Shown here: in pieces, positions 41,687 through 50,684 of the stretch | Layout of the letters: every line of letters begins with the position of its first letter | Numbering within the stretch: position 1 is the stretch's first letter | Source: Nitrospira japonica | GTDB lineage: Bacteria; Nitrospirota; Thermodesulfovibrionia; Thermodesulfovibrionales; SM23-35 | Assembly: GCA_020725385.1 (NCBI GenBank) | Contig: DYFC01000060.1 | Coordinates: forward strand, 1 to 64,000 | DNA length: 64,000 nt | Reading direction: 5' to 3' | Notes under the pieces: generated by a model | Told to the model about the DNA's origin: nothing | Databases searched by the model: none | Seen by the model: the letters and a program-made list of their open reading frames with translations, nothing else | Position numbers and translations under genes: made by a program

Positions 41687-42271
41687 ATGAAAAAGGCATT
41701 TTGGAAATTTGGTATGGTTTTATTTGTATTAACAGTCTCTTTAATTTTCGCATGTTCCAAGCCGCCTACGGAAGAAATGGCAAAAGCTGAGAAAGCTGTT
41801 GCAGATGCGAAAGCAAAAGAAGCTGATTTATACGTTCCTGATATTTTTGCAAAAGCTCAGGATGAGATGAAAAAAGCTAATGATTTTGTTGCTGCAAAAA
41901 AATATAAAGAGGCTAAAACAGCGGCTCTCGAGGTTGTAAAATTAGCACAAGAATCTGTTACACTCATCGAACAAAACAAACAGAAGATGAAGGAAGAGCT
42001 TGAAAAAATGCTTCCTGATGTACAAAAAGCACTTGATGAAACAAAATCTGCTGCAACAGCAGCTATAAAAAAGAAAGCTGTATCATCAAAAGAAGAACTT
42101 CAATCTACAATTGGTAAACTTGAGCTTGATATGACATCCGTGAAAGAGCAACTTCAGGCAGGTAAAATCAGGCAGGCAAGCGATCTGGCCAGGACACTTT
42201 CAGAGGAGATAAAAGCTCAAAGACAAAACCTTGCCGATTTGATGGCACAACAAAAACCGGCAAAGAAATAA
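41687..42271 (+). CDS. Coiled-coil lipoprotein (DUF4398-like)
   Basis: Lipobox IFAC followed by SKPP; Ala/Lys/Glu helical body; AGGAGG RBS. Confidence 0.8.
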   Translation: MKKAFWKFGMVLFVLTVSLIFACSKPPTEEMAKAEKAVADAKAKEADLYVPDIFAKAQDEMKKANDFVAAKKYKEAKTAALEVVKLAQESVTLIEQNKQKMKEELEKMLPDVQKALDETKSAATAAIKKKAVSSKEELQSTIGKLELDMTSVKEQLQAGKIRQASDLARTLSEEIKAQRQNLADLMAQQKPAKK

Positions 42272-42291
42272 ACTTATTTTTTGCTAATTCT

Positions 42292-42329
42292 TAACAAAGG
42301 GGTGAATATAATCTGTAACCCCTTTGTTA
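42292..42329. terminator. Intrinsic terminator hairpin between convergent genes
   Basis: TAACAAAGGGG-loop-CCCCTTTGTTA followed by GTTTT. Confidence 0.7.
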
Positions 42330-42411
42330 GTTTTGGCAAAGAATTTTTTGTATTCACGGAATCTATCAAAAGGAATTAAGGAATATTATTAATCCGTAAA
42401 TTTATAAGAAC

Positions 42412-42723
42412 CTATTCAGATTTTATAGCTTTTTGTAGAATTTCAACAGATGGGACATTCGAGAGTCTTCCTGACTCATCAACGAACATTCTTCAGTTAA
42501 ATCCTGCATTACCTAATGGTTGTAATTCTTTGCCATTTATGAAAATTGATGGCGAACCAGAGACTTTTAATGATATGGCTTCCTCCTGAGTAATTCTATG
42601 AAATTTGAGATCAGCCTGTTTATTTTCTTTTTCAATCGCAAGAATAATATTTGTTTTTAAAGCCTCTTCTGTTGGACAGTTTGATGAAAAGTAACAGTCT
42701 ATTTTTAGTCTCTCTTTATTCAT
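42412..42723 (-). CDS. Thioredoxin-fold selenoprotein (UGA at 42493-42495 read as Sec)
   Basis: GSPSIFINGKE..GFN-U-RMFVDESGRLSNVPSVEILQKAIKSE; UGA sits at the Cys of the CRx(Y/F) motif of this family; SECIS-like hairpin follows. Confidence 0.8.
42455..42489 (-). promoter_or_regulatory. Bacterial SECIS-like hairpin
   Basis: AUGUUCG..GAGUC-AGGAA-GACUC.CGAAUGU; apical loop begins 21 nt after UGA and has G at position 2. Confidence 0.7.
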
Positions 42724-44426
42724 TCTTTGGATTTTACCGTTTCATTATCGCCTAAAGCTCTATAACAGGCTTCTGAGTAGCTTAAGGCAGTCTGTGAATC
42801 TGGAAAAGCCTGAAAACATTTGAGCGCATCTTCAAATTTGCCAATATTCATATAGCTTATTCCAAGACATGTGGCAATATGTTCGCTTTCAGGATAATGT
42901 TTTCTTGCTTCTTCAAGAATAGTAATTGACTCCATATATTCTCTATTCTTTTGCTTTATAATTCCTAATCCGAGAAATGCCCGGTGATCTGGAAAATATG
43001 ATAAAGCTTTAAAGAAAAGTGTTTCAGCAATTTTTTCTTTATCGGGTATCTCTTTTATATTTGCATAATCTCCATGACTAAATGTCATAGCAAGCCTTGA
43101 GAGAAAATCAGCATGATATTTATATAAATCGCTCTTGTCAACAAGGTTAATCGAACTCGCATTTTCAGGCAGGCTTTTATAAAATTCTGTTCTAAGTTTG
43201 TTTCCATAAGAAAGTATTTTTTCTTTCGAAAGGCTGCTGTCGGTCTCAAAATACATTATATCTTCTATTTTTTTCAGCCATATATCATCTCCTGTTTTGT
43301 TTCTACTCTGGAAGTCTTCGTAAAGAGCAGTGCCCGGAAAAATATCGAGAATATAAAATATTGAATTGAGTGGTTTAATTTCTTTTATTAAAGTTATAGT
43401 TTCATCGATGGTTTCTTCAGTTTCTCCGGGAGAACCATATATAAAATAAGCACGGGGTAAAATACCATATTTAACTGTCAAAGAAAATGCTCTCTTTATA
43501 TCATCTGTCTTTATGTTTTTGTTAAGAACGTGTCTGATTTTTTCAGAGCCGCTTTCAATACCGTAGCTTATTTGAATACAGCCGGCTTTTCTCATCCAGT
43601 AAAGCATTTCATCGTTTACTAAATTCACACGTGATATAGCAAACCAGTTTATTTTTAAATCTCTTTCAATTATATTTTTACAAATCTCAATTACACGATC
43701 TTCTCTCATTGTAAAAGTGTCATCAGAAACATAAAAAAAAGAGACACCTTTTTTGTTTAATAATTCTAATTGTTCAACAAAATATTCAGGAGAGTGAAAC
43801 CTGACCCTTCTTCCCCAGAATTTTGGTGAACCACAAAAGGCGCAATTAGAAGGACAACCACGTGATGAAATCAAATGTTGGAATATAAAATATTTTGCAG
43901 GCATTGGTAGATTATCAATATTTTCTATAAAATCTGAAGATCCGGTCTTAAATAATTTTCCATCTCTAATAAAGGCTATGCCTTTATTAGAACTAATTCT
44001 TTCTTCTTCTTTTCTATCAATGTATTGAATGAGATTTAAAAATGTATATTCTCCTTCACCAAGAACAATATAGTCTATTTGTTTGAAATTTCTAAGAAGG
44101 TGTTCCCACAAAAAAGTTGCTCCAATTCCTCCAAAAACAATCTTGACATTGTTCAATGTTTTTTTGGCAATCTTTGCAATCTCAATGGCACCCCATCTAT
44201 TAGCATTGACAATGGAAAAACCAATTACATCAGGGCTTTTTTCTTTGAATACTTTTCTGATTTCAAAAGAATTCTTATTAAAATTATGCCAGTTTAGAAT
44301 TTCAACATCATATCCATTTTGTTTGAGTAATGCACCAATATAGTATAAACCTATCGGTACAACACTAACGTCTTCAGCATGAATTCTCTGGTCCAGAAAA
44401 TAAGGATAAATTAGCAATACTTTCAT
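42720..44426 (-). CDS. Cobalamin-binding radical SAM protein with C-terminal TPR repeats
   Basis: P.GL.YI..L B12 domain, GEGE, SRGCPSNCAFC, GIESGS, FPGT; TPR-like C-terminus. Confidence 0.92.
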   Translation of the reverse strand: MKVLLIYPYFLDQRIHAEDVSVVPIGLYYIGALLKQNGYDVEILNWHNFNKNSFEIRKVFKEKSPDVIGFSIVNANRWGAIEIAKIAKKTLNNVKIVFGGIGATFLWEHLLRNFKQIDYIVLGEGEYTFLNLIQYIDRKEEERISSNKGIAFIRDGKLFKTGSSDFIENIDNLPMPAKYFIFQHLISSRGCPSNCAFCGSPKFWGRRVRFHSPEYFVEQLELLNKKGVSFFYVSDDTFTMREDRVIEICKNIIERDLKINWFAISRVNLVNDEMLYWMRKAGCIQISYGIESGSEKIRHVLNKNIKTDDIKRAFSLTVKYGILPRAYFIYGSPGETEETIDETITLIKEIKPLNSIFYILDIFPGTALYEDFQSRNKTGDDIWLKKIEDIMYFETDSSLSKEKILSYGNKLRTEFYKSLPENASSINLVDKSDLYKYHADFLSRLAMTFSHGDYANIKEIPDKEKIAETLFFKALSYFPDHRAFLGLGIIKQKNREYMESITILEEARKHYPESEHIATCLGISYMNIGKFEDALKCFQAFPDSQTALSYSEACYRALGDNETVKSKE

Positions 44427-44464
44427 TACTTGCTCTATATTCTTAGCTCTTTGCTCTTCGCTTT

Positions 44465-44935
44465 TTAAAACCTTAAAGTCGCTTTTAATCTTTTAGGATG
44501 CAACAAAAGATCAAGACCTGCATTTGCATTAGGCACGTGAATATTAGATGCCATGATTGCTTCAACAGCACAGCCTTCTCCCTCGGAAACCGAGATACCG
44601 ATTTTTGCTGACTTCAACATTTTTCTGTCATTATTACCATTTCCGAAAGCAACAACAGTTTCGGTCCCGAGGTTTTTTATATATTCTTCTTTCTGAATGT
44701 CATGTCTTTTACCTTTAAGAATATATATTGTGCATTTAATGCCTTCAAGCTCTTTTCTTGCTTTTCCAAAAGTATCGGCAGTAAGAATATGCACTTTGAG
44801 AAATTTTGAGATTTCGTTTAATTGAGTTCTAACACCAGGTAATAGTACACCGTTTACTGAAAGAGTTCCTGTAAAATCAGAAACAAGATGTTCAAGTTTA
44901 ACCAGACCAAATCCCGGTATTTTAAGCTTAAACAT
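44465..44935 (-). CDS. HAD-family hydrolase (soluble P-type ATPase-like)
   Basis: DFTGTL, LTADTFG, GNGNND, EG; AAGGAGG RBS before ATG 44935. Confidence 0.88.
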   Translation of the reverse strand: MFKLKIPGFGLVKLEHLVSDFTGTLSVNGVLLPGVRTQLNEISKFLKVHILTADTFGKARKELEGIKCTIYILKGKRHDIQKEEYIKNLGTETVVAFGNGNNDRKMLKSAKIGISVSEGEGCAVEAIMASNIHVPNANAGLDLLLHPKRLKATLRF

Positions 44936-45011
44936 AACCACCTCCTTGAAAATAAATTACAATTCAATTATATATAATGTGGTAATATTTTTGTATTAAC
45001 CGGACTGTTAG

Positions 45012-45074
45012 TTTGAACCGCTTGAACCGTTTAAACCATGTAATCTATGTAAACCGTGTGAACTATTTGAACAA
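45012..45074 (+). repeat. Degenerate 9-bp tandem repeat, 7 units
   Basis: TTTGAACCG CTTGAACCG TTTAAACCA TGTAATCTA TGTAAACCG TGTGAACTA TTTGAACAA. Confidence 0.7.
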
Positions 45075-45108
45075 GTCTTTGTTTTTCGGCAAGTTTATAT
45101 TTCATGTA

Positions 45109-46302
45109 TTACTTTTTACGATTATTTATGACAATAATGAATATGATAAAAAACCCGGCAGATAAACTTGCTGTTATCGAGCCAAAATAAAAGGTTGCTG
45201 AGGGTGAAATCTTATCCCATAACCACCCCCCTATAAAACTTGCCGGAAACATGGCTAAACCGATTGCAGTATTATAAACTCCAAATGCTGTTGCCTTAAA
45301 ATCAGGCGGGATAATTGTTGCAAGAAAAGCTTTCTGTATTCCTTCTGTAAGTCCCATAAAAAGCCCGTAAAAACCGAATAATAACCATATGGTACTTGTG
45401 TCTTTAGCCACTGCAAAACCATAATAGAGCATAGCAAAGAGAATGAATCCGATTAGTATCACTCTTTTTCTTCCGAACCTGTCTGCTGCTATTCCTGCTG
45501 GAATTGCAGATAAAGAATATATGAGATTGAACATAAGATATACAACAGGAATCATGAGGGCTGAAATCCCTATTTGTTGGGCTCTGAGAATAAGGAATAC
45601 GTCACTTGAATTTCCCAAAGCAAACAAGGTTGCTATTGCCACAAAAAATTTAAACTTCCAGTCAAAATGTTTAAGAGTCAGTTTCGGCCTTTCTGAGGGC
45701 ATTTTAATAGCTTGCTTCTTTTCCTTGATAAATAAGATTATCAACAATACAGCTATTGCTCCGGGAATCATAGAGAGCCAGAATACCCATCTATAATTGT
45801 TTGAAAAAATACCCAGCAAAAAAAATGCAAGAGCTGGTCCAATTACAGCACCCATTGTATCCATCGAACGGTGAAAACCGAATGCTCTACCAAGATGTGT
45901 TTTTTCAGTTGACTCTGCAATAATAGCATCGCGTGGTGCCGTGCGTACCCCTTTGCCGAATCTGTCCATAAAACGAGAGCCCATTACATGGTGCCAACCT
46001 GTAGCAAGAGCAACAATAGGTCTGCTCAAAGTAGATATTCCGTATCCTGCAGCCATTAACCACTTCCGATTACCTATTCTGTCTGAAAACCATCCTGAAA
46101 ATACTTTCAATAAACTCGCGGTAGATTCTGCTATGCCTTCTATTAAACCTATAACAGATTTATTTACACCAAGCACATTAGCAAGAAATAATGGCACAAG
46201 TGGATATATCATCTCAGAACTGACATCCATAAAAAAACTGACGAGCCCTGCAATAAATACATTCTGTCCAAAACCAAAAAATTTTCTATTATCCTTTGTC
46301 AC
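45109..46302 (-). CDS. MFS transporter
   Basis: SFFMDVSSE, SDRIGNRK, DRFGKGVRTAPRDA, GRAFGFHRSMD. Confidence 0.92.
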   Translation of the reverse strand: MTKDNRKFFGFGQNVFIAGLVSFFMDVSSEMIYPLVPLFLANVLGVNKSVIGLIEGIAESTASLLKVFSGWFSDRIGNRKWLMAAGYGISTLSRPIVALATGWHHVMGSRFMDRFGKGVRTAPRDAIIAESTEKTHLGRAFGFHRSMDTMGAVIGPALAFFLLGIFSNNYRWVFWLSMIPGAIAVLLIILFIKEKKQAIKMPSERPKLTLKHFDWKFKFFVAIATLFALGNSSDVFLILRAQQIGISALMIPVVYLMFNLIYSLSAIPAGIAADRFGRKRVILIGFILFAMLYYGFAVAKDTSTIWLLFGFYGLFMGLTEGIQKAFLATIIPPDFKATAFGVYNTAIGLAMFPASFIGGWLWDKISPSATFYFGSITASLSAGFFIIFIIVINNRKK

Positions 46303-46322
46303 CTGTATTGTCCTTTCCTTAA

Positions 46323-46856
46323 CTATATATTTTTTTTCTGGCTCTTTTCATAAACCTTTTTTGAAAAATCATCAAACATCTTTTCACATTCTTTTATTTT
46401 CTCTATAGCCTGTTTTCTCAACGGAGCTTTTACTAAATCTCTTTTTTCAATTTTTTTCAACCAATGTTTTAACTTATCAAGTTCTTCTTCATTTTCTTCA
46501 ACCTCAGCGAAAATAAAATTCTTCCTTTCAATCTCAAACTTTATTTCTTTAAAAAAGTCTTCGCATTTTTCTATCACTTCCTGATATTCTTCATTTCTTG
46601 AGTCCATGAATACTTTAATGATTCTTTCTTCCTGTTTTTTATCTACTGCCTTACCTTCAACCAGCATCCCTTCACCCTTATATCCTTCGATTGTTTCGAC
46701 AAGTTTTTTTAGTTCATTTATATTTTCATTAGAATAAGGTATAACCCAGACTGTCTGATAATTTACAGCACCGAGCTTTTTTAATTGACGCCAGACGTAC
46801 ACCCTGGCTTTAGATGGCTCGGCCGGTAGACTATATGAAAAAAATAGCCATTTCAT
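46323..46856 (-). CDS. ChrB N-terminal-domain protein (putative DNA-binding regulator)
   Basis: MKWLFFSYSLPAEPSKARVYVWRQLKKLGAV..VWVIP..RNEEYQE; true start ATG 46856. Confidence 0.85.
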   Translation of the reverse strand: MKWLFFSYSLPAEPSKARVYVWRQLKKLGAVNYQTVWVIPYSNENINELKKLVETIEGYKGEGMLVEGKAVDKKQEERIIKVFMDSRNEEYQEVIEKCEDFFKEIKFEIERKNFIFAEVEENEEELDKLKHWLKKIEKRDLVKAPLRKQAIEKIKECEKMFDDFSKKVYEKSQKKNI

Positions 46857-46875
46857 GTAACTATTGTTACATGAA
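46852..46875. promoter_or_regulatory. Palindromic operator overlapping -10 region and start codon of the chrB-like gene
   Basis: TTCATGTAAC-TATT-GTTACATGAA; TTGACT -35 upstream on the minus strand; identical core at 50204-50222. Confidence 0.8.
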
Positions 46876-46888
46876 TATCTCTTCGAAG

Positions 46889-48100
46889 TCAATGCAGTAT
46901 TGACCTGGTCTTTTTGACCATAAGGAGTAAGGGCACGGAGGCCAATTGAGCTGCTATAGAAAATGCGATCAGAAGTGGAATAGAAAAATCGTATAGGAAC
47001 CCTATCAATGCACTCCCCAGAAACCAAAACACACCATAACCTGTATTGAAGATGCCATAAGCAGAAGCACGCTTGTCGCGAGGTGCCATTCCAGCGACAG
47101 CTGCCCGCATGACTGATTCGTGGGCACCCATTCCTATGCCCCAAAGGGCCATGCCGGCAAGGCTCAGATAGAAGCCTCCCAGGAATACCAAAGGTGCAAA
47201 GAATGAGGATAATAGAACTGCTATAATAACTATCGGTATGCCTTTTCGATCGAAAATTCGACCGAATACCAGAGCAGCAATAGCTGCAGTTCCCATTGAG
47301 ACAGAGTAAAAAATAGGGATCCAGTTTCCGGGAACTACCAATGTCTTTTGAAAATGGTAGGCGATAACAGGAAAATCCGCATACCCTGCGGCAATTAAGG
47401 CCATTGCTGTAAGATAAATCCAATAGACTCTGGGCAGTCCTTTTGTCTCGACTTCCGGCTTGGTCGCCTCCAGGTCACGGGGATGTGGATAAAGGAAACG
47501 CGCAAAGATAAGAACACCTATTGTAAGGAGTGCTGGTATCAACAAAAATGCAAACCCCATCTGATAAGTCCCCTTGAAATAAAGCACAGCCGCAACTATC
47601 AGGGGACCAAGCATTGCACCGGTTGTGTCCATGGCTTCGTGCAATCCGAATCCCCAGCCCCTTCCTATTTCATGAGTGGCATGCGAGAGCATCGCGTCGC
47701 GAACCGGGTTACGTATTGCTTTTCCAGCCCTTTCTGCAATGATGAAAAAAGCTGCCACTTCCCAGCGGCCTGCCAGTGCCATGGCAGGCACAGCCAGCAT
47801 ATTGATTAAGTAGCCAATGATAGTAATAGTCCAGTATTTCGCAGTCTTGTCGGTGACATAACCGGAGACAAGACGAAGCGCATATCCGACTAACTCCCCA
47901 AACCCTGAAACTATTCCCACTATGGTGGCATTTGCTCCAAGGAAGGCGAGGAACGGGCCGTAAATGCTTCGTGCTCCTTCGTGTGTCATATCTGCAAAGA
48001 GGCTAACAATACCAAGCAAAACTATGAACAGCACGGTAGATCGCTTGGTTGTTACTATAGGATGTATTCTTTCGTCCGAAACAACGTTTTGTTTATCCAT
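46889..48100 (-). CDS. MFS transporter
   Basis: SLFADMTHEG, ERAGKAIRNPVRDA, GWGFGLHEAMD, FDRKG; same family as 45109-46302. Confidence 0.92.
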   Translation of the reverse strand: MDKQNVVSDERIHPIVTTKRSTVLFIVLLGIVSLFADMTHEGARSIYGPFLAFLGANATIVGIVSGFGELVGYALRLVSGYVTDKTAKYWTITIIGYLINMLAVPAMALAGRWEVAAFFIIAERAGKAIRNPVRDAMLSHATHEIGRGWGFGLHEAMDTTGAMLGPLIVAAVLYFKGTYQMGFAFLLIPALLTIGVLIFARFLYPHPRDLEATKPEVETKGLPRVYWIYLTAMALIAAGYADFPVIAYHFQKTLVVPGNWIPIFYSVSMGTAAIAALVFGRIFDRKGIPIVIIAVLLSSFFAPLVFLGGFYLSLAGMALWGIGMGAHESVMRAAVAGMAPRDKRASAYGIFNTGYGVFWFLGSALIGFLYDFSIPLLIAFSIAAQLASVPLLLMVKKTRSILH

Positions 48101-48248
48101 AATGCACTCCTTTTCATCAGCTTCTTAAAAATAATGTACATATAAAACACTCCACTGTATTACGTCGAACCCGGCTCTGACGGCGAGCCAACATAGCGAT
48201 CCGGATAACAGGGGAGAGTTGGGGCGATAATCTCATTGATGTTACATC

Positions 48249-49097
48249 CTATTTCACTACAAGCACAGGTTTTTCGCTGTATTCAACAACCCTTTGCGAG
48301 ACACTGCCCCAGAAAATAGCCTCTGTAAAACCTTTTCCATGAGAGCCCATTACAATCAATGAAACATCTTCTTCAGTGGCAATTTTGTTAATCTCAGCAT
48401 AAGGCTTGCCCTTGATAAGCTGCACCGATACCTTAAAACCTTGTGACTGGAACTCCTGCTCCAAGTTTGCTAATTTTTCTTTTATGCCAAGATCGAAATC
48501 TGTCTCCAGAACATGAACAACGATAATTTCAGAGGCTCCTACTTTATGAAGTGTAGGGATATATTGTTTAGCGCGCTCTGCACTCGAAGACCAATCAGTG
48601 GGATAGAGTATCTTTCTGAACATATTGGTACAATATTGTTCGGTGGTCTCACCTGCTGTTTCTTTTAGAACATGGTATTTTGCCACCAGAACAGGAACCG
48701 CTGATTTTCTTATAATGCGGTCTGTTGTGGAGCCGACAAAAAGTTCTCCAAGAATATCCCTCTTCTGCCTGCCTGCAACAATGAGGGATACATCTTCTTC
48801 ATTTGCTGCCTTCAATATTTCAGAAACCAGTGAGCCCTCGACAATTTTTGTCTTGACAGCAACACCTTCGGTTTCCAGATATTCCGCAAATCTATTAATT
48901 TCTTTCTGAGCTTTATCGCGGATTCGATCGAAATCAATCGGAAACCCTGAATCCCTTATTATAAAAAGAGCTTCTGTTTCTATAACATTCATAAGAATGA
49001 CCTCTTCCAGACCAGCTGCTTTCAAACACGTCAAATTTTTCAGTATCGGCAATGCAAATTCTTCAAATTTTGTTGGATAGAGAATTTTCTTAAACAT
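48249..49097 (-). CDS. Tandem-domain universal stress protein
   Basis: Two MF(K/R)KILYPT repeats; GSTTDRIIRKSAVPVLV and MGSHG..GSVSQRVV..KPVLVVK. Confidence 0.93.
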   Translation of the reverse strand: MFKKILYPTKFEEFALPILKNLTCLKAAGLEEVILMNVIETEALFIIRDSGFPIDFDRIRDKAQKEINRFAEYLETEGVAVKTKIVEGSLVSEILKAANEEDVSLIVAGRQKRDILGELFVGSTTDRIIRKSAVPVLVAKYHVLKETAGETTEQYCTNMFRKILYPTDWSSSAERAKQYIPTLHKVGASEIIVVHVLETDFDLGIKEKLANLEQEFQSQGFKVSVQLIKGKPYAEINKIATEEDVSLIVMGSHGKGFTEAIFWGSVSQRVVEYSEKPVLVVK

Positions 49098-49121
49098 TTG
49101 TCTTCCTCCTCTTTGAAAATA

Positions 49122-50084
49122 TTATTTGACTCCCAGTAAAGGCGACAGCACTGAATATAAGACAAAAGCTACGACTGCTCCTATGAGGGGAGTTAGAAAC
49201 CACGATACAACGATCTCCTTTATAGTTTTCATGTTAATTGCATTAATGCCCCGCGATAATCCGGCGCCTGCTATTCCGCCTATCATTGCCTGATTCATAG
49301 AAGTAGGGTAGCCAAGAGAAGCAGCAATATGAGCAGTAATTCCCTGTGCCAACTGGGCACCAACAGCACTATTAATATCAAGTGAAACAATATGAAGGCC
49401 TACTTTTTCTAAAAGAGGGCGTCCCCATGTAAGAGCACCGATCGCCATGACAATGCCTCCGATAAAACCGGCCAGCATCTTTGACGGAATTGCACCTGTA
49501 CCAAAGAAGACACCTACTGCATTCCCTGTGTTGTTACAACCAAGAGTATAGGCAGCATAGCAGCATACGAGAAGGAGAAGGTATTTTTTAGCTTTATCAA
49601 ATTTCGTTAATGCTGATATATCCATAACCTTGGTCAGGATAAAACCAAGAATCGCCCCTACAATAGGTGTGCCTACCCATGTGATGGCCAGAGCAAGAAT
49701 AGTCGTTTCCCATTGGACTTGAGCTTTCATCCCTATTGCAGCGCCTACAACTGAAAAGATGGCCAACTGAGAGGTCGAAACCGGAAGTTTAAGCCAGGTA
49801 TTTGCAGCAGTCACAAGTGCTGCTGTGAGCATCATAATCATTGCCCCAAATATTGTCATATACTTTGCTTCAATAACTCCTGTACCGACTGTTTTGACAA
49901 CATTATGGCTTTCCAGAGTAGCACCCAGAAGTACAAAAATTGCGATCAGGATTGTTGCATTCCTTGGTTTGATAAGTTTCGCACCAAAAGCCGTTCCCAT
50001 TACCGCCCCTGTGTAATGTGATCCGATAGTCCATCCGAAAAAAAGCCCTGACAAAACCATGCCGATTAAATAAACCGTATCCAT
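49122..50084 (-). CDS. PiT (inorganic phosphate/anion transporter) family permease
   Basis: Inverted repeats with LPVSTSQ and YPTSMNQ, GCNNTGNAVG, SWFLTP; start ATG 50084 after GGGAGG. Confidence 0.85.
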   Translation of the reverse strand: MDTVYLIGMVLSGLFFGWTIGSHYTGAVMGTAFGAKLIKPRNATILIAIFVLLGATLESHNVVKTVGTGVIEAKYMTIFGAMIMMLTAALVTAANTWLKLPVSTSQLAIFSVVGAAIGMKAQVQWETTILALAITWVGTPIVGAILGFILTKVMDISALTKFDKAKKYLLLLVCCYAAYTLGCNNTGNAVGVFFGTGAIPSKMLAGFIGGIVMAIGALTWGRPLLEKVGLHIVSLDINSAVGAQLAQGITAHIAASLGYPTSMNQAMIGGIAGAGLSRGINAINMKTIKEIVVSWFLTPLIGAVVAFVLYSVLSPLLGVK

Positions 50085-50089
50085 TCTTT

Positions 50090-50206
50090 TCACCTCCCGC
50101 ATTTCTTTAGCTTCATTGATATGAAGCGAATTAAAATCAATCCAATATTCCAGCCTAATATAAATCCTGAAACAATAATTCCGATGAACAATATCATTTT
50201 TATCAT
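50090..50206 (-). CDS. Putative 38-aa leaderless membrane peptide upstream of the PiT gene
   Basis: MIKMILFIGIIVSGFILGWNIGLILIRFISMKLKKCGR; ATG inside the operator; stop overlaps PiT RBS. Confidence 0.5.
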   Translation of the reverse strand: MIKMILFIGIIVSGFILGWNIGLILIRFISMKLKKCGR

Positions 50207-50222
50207 GTAACTATTGTTACAT
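50204..50222. promoter_or_regulatory. Second copy of the ATGTAAC-N4-GTTACAT operator in a sigma70 promoter
   Basis: CATGTAACTATTGTTACAT; minus strand reads TTGACA-N17-TAACAAT-AGTTAC-ATG. Confidence 0.8.
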
Positions 50223-50684
50223 TTTATAATAATTTTTGTCAAGCTTTAAAATAGTTATTTATGTTACATTAAAAATTATTTAGATTTTTACAAGCTCCTC
50301 TTATTTGGTTAATAAAAGAAATGGGAATTTTTTATAACAGGAAACTGGTTAAAATATTCGTTTTATTTTTTTCAACTTATTGATATATACTATTTAAACT
50401 TAAAAAGGAGAAAGAATATATGGATAGTTCTGACGGATGTTGTAGTCAATGTTTTAATCAAAGAATAATTAATAATAAAAAAGAAGAAATGAAACTGTAT
50501 AGATTAAATTATGCAGTCCTGAATTTGAATCGTTCCAGCCAATAATATTTTTATAAACGATTCTCCTCTGGATTGCATAGATTAGATTAAAACCAGAGGT
50601 GAATCATGAAAAATCTTTTATGTGACTTTCCAATTAGTGATTCTATTAAATTTCATAGTATCCATTCAATAATAGGAGGCCATA

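Noticed and set aside
44996-45011. TTAACCGGACTGTTAG as an IS terminal repeat
   Set aside because: No partner repeat or transposase found in the window
46323-46856. Chromate resistance operon
   Set aside because: No chrA transporter and no C-terminal ChrB domain; chromate specificity unsupported
46857-47423. N-terminal 188 aa of the 366-aa track ORF 46323-47423
   Set aside because: Alternative frame inside the MFS gene; ChrB-like sequence begins only at ATG 46856
48101-48248. GC-rich intergenic region as a third fluoride riboswitch or third operator
   Set aside because: No GATGGnGTTC core or pseudoknot partner; only a half-site GTTACAT at about 48241
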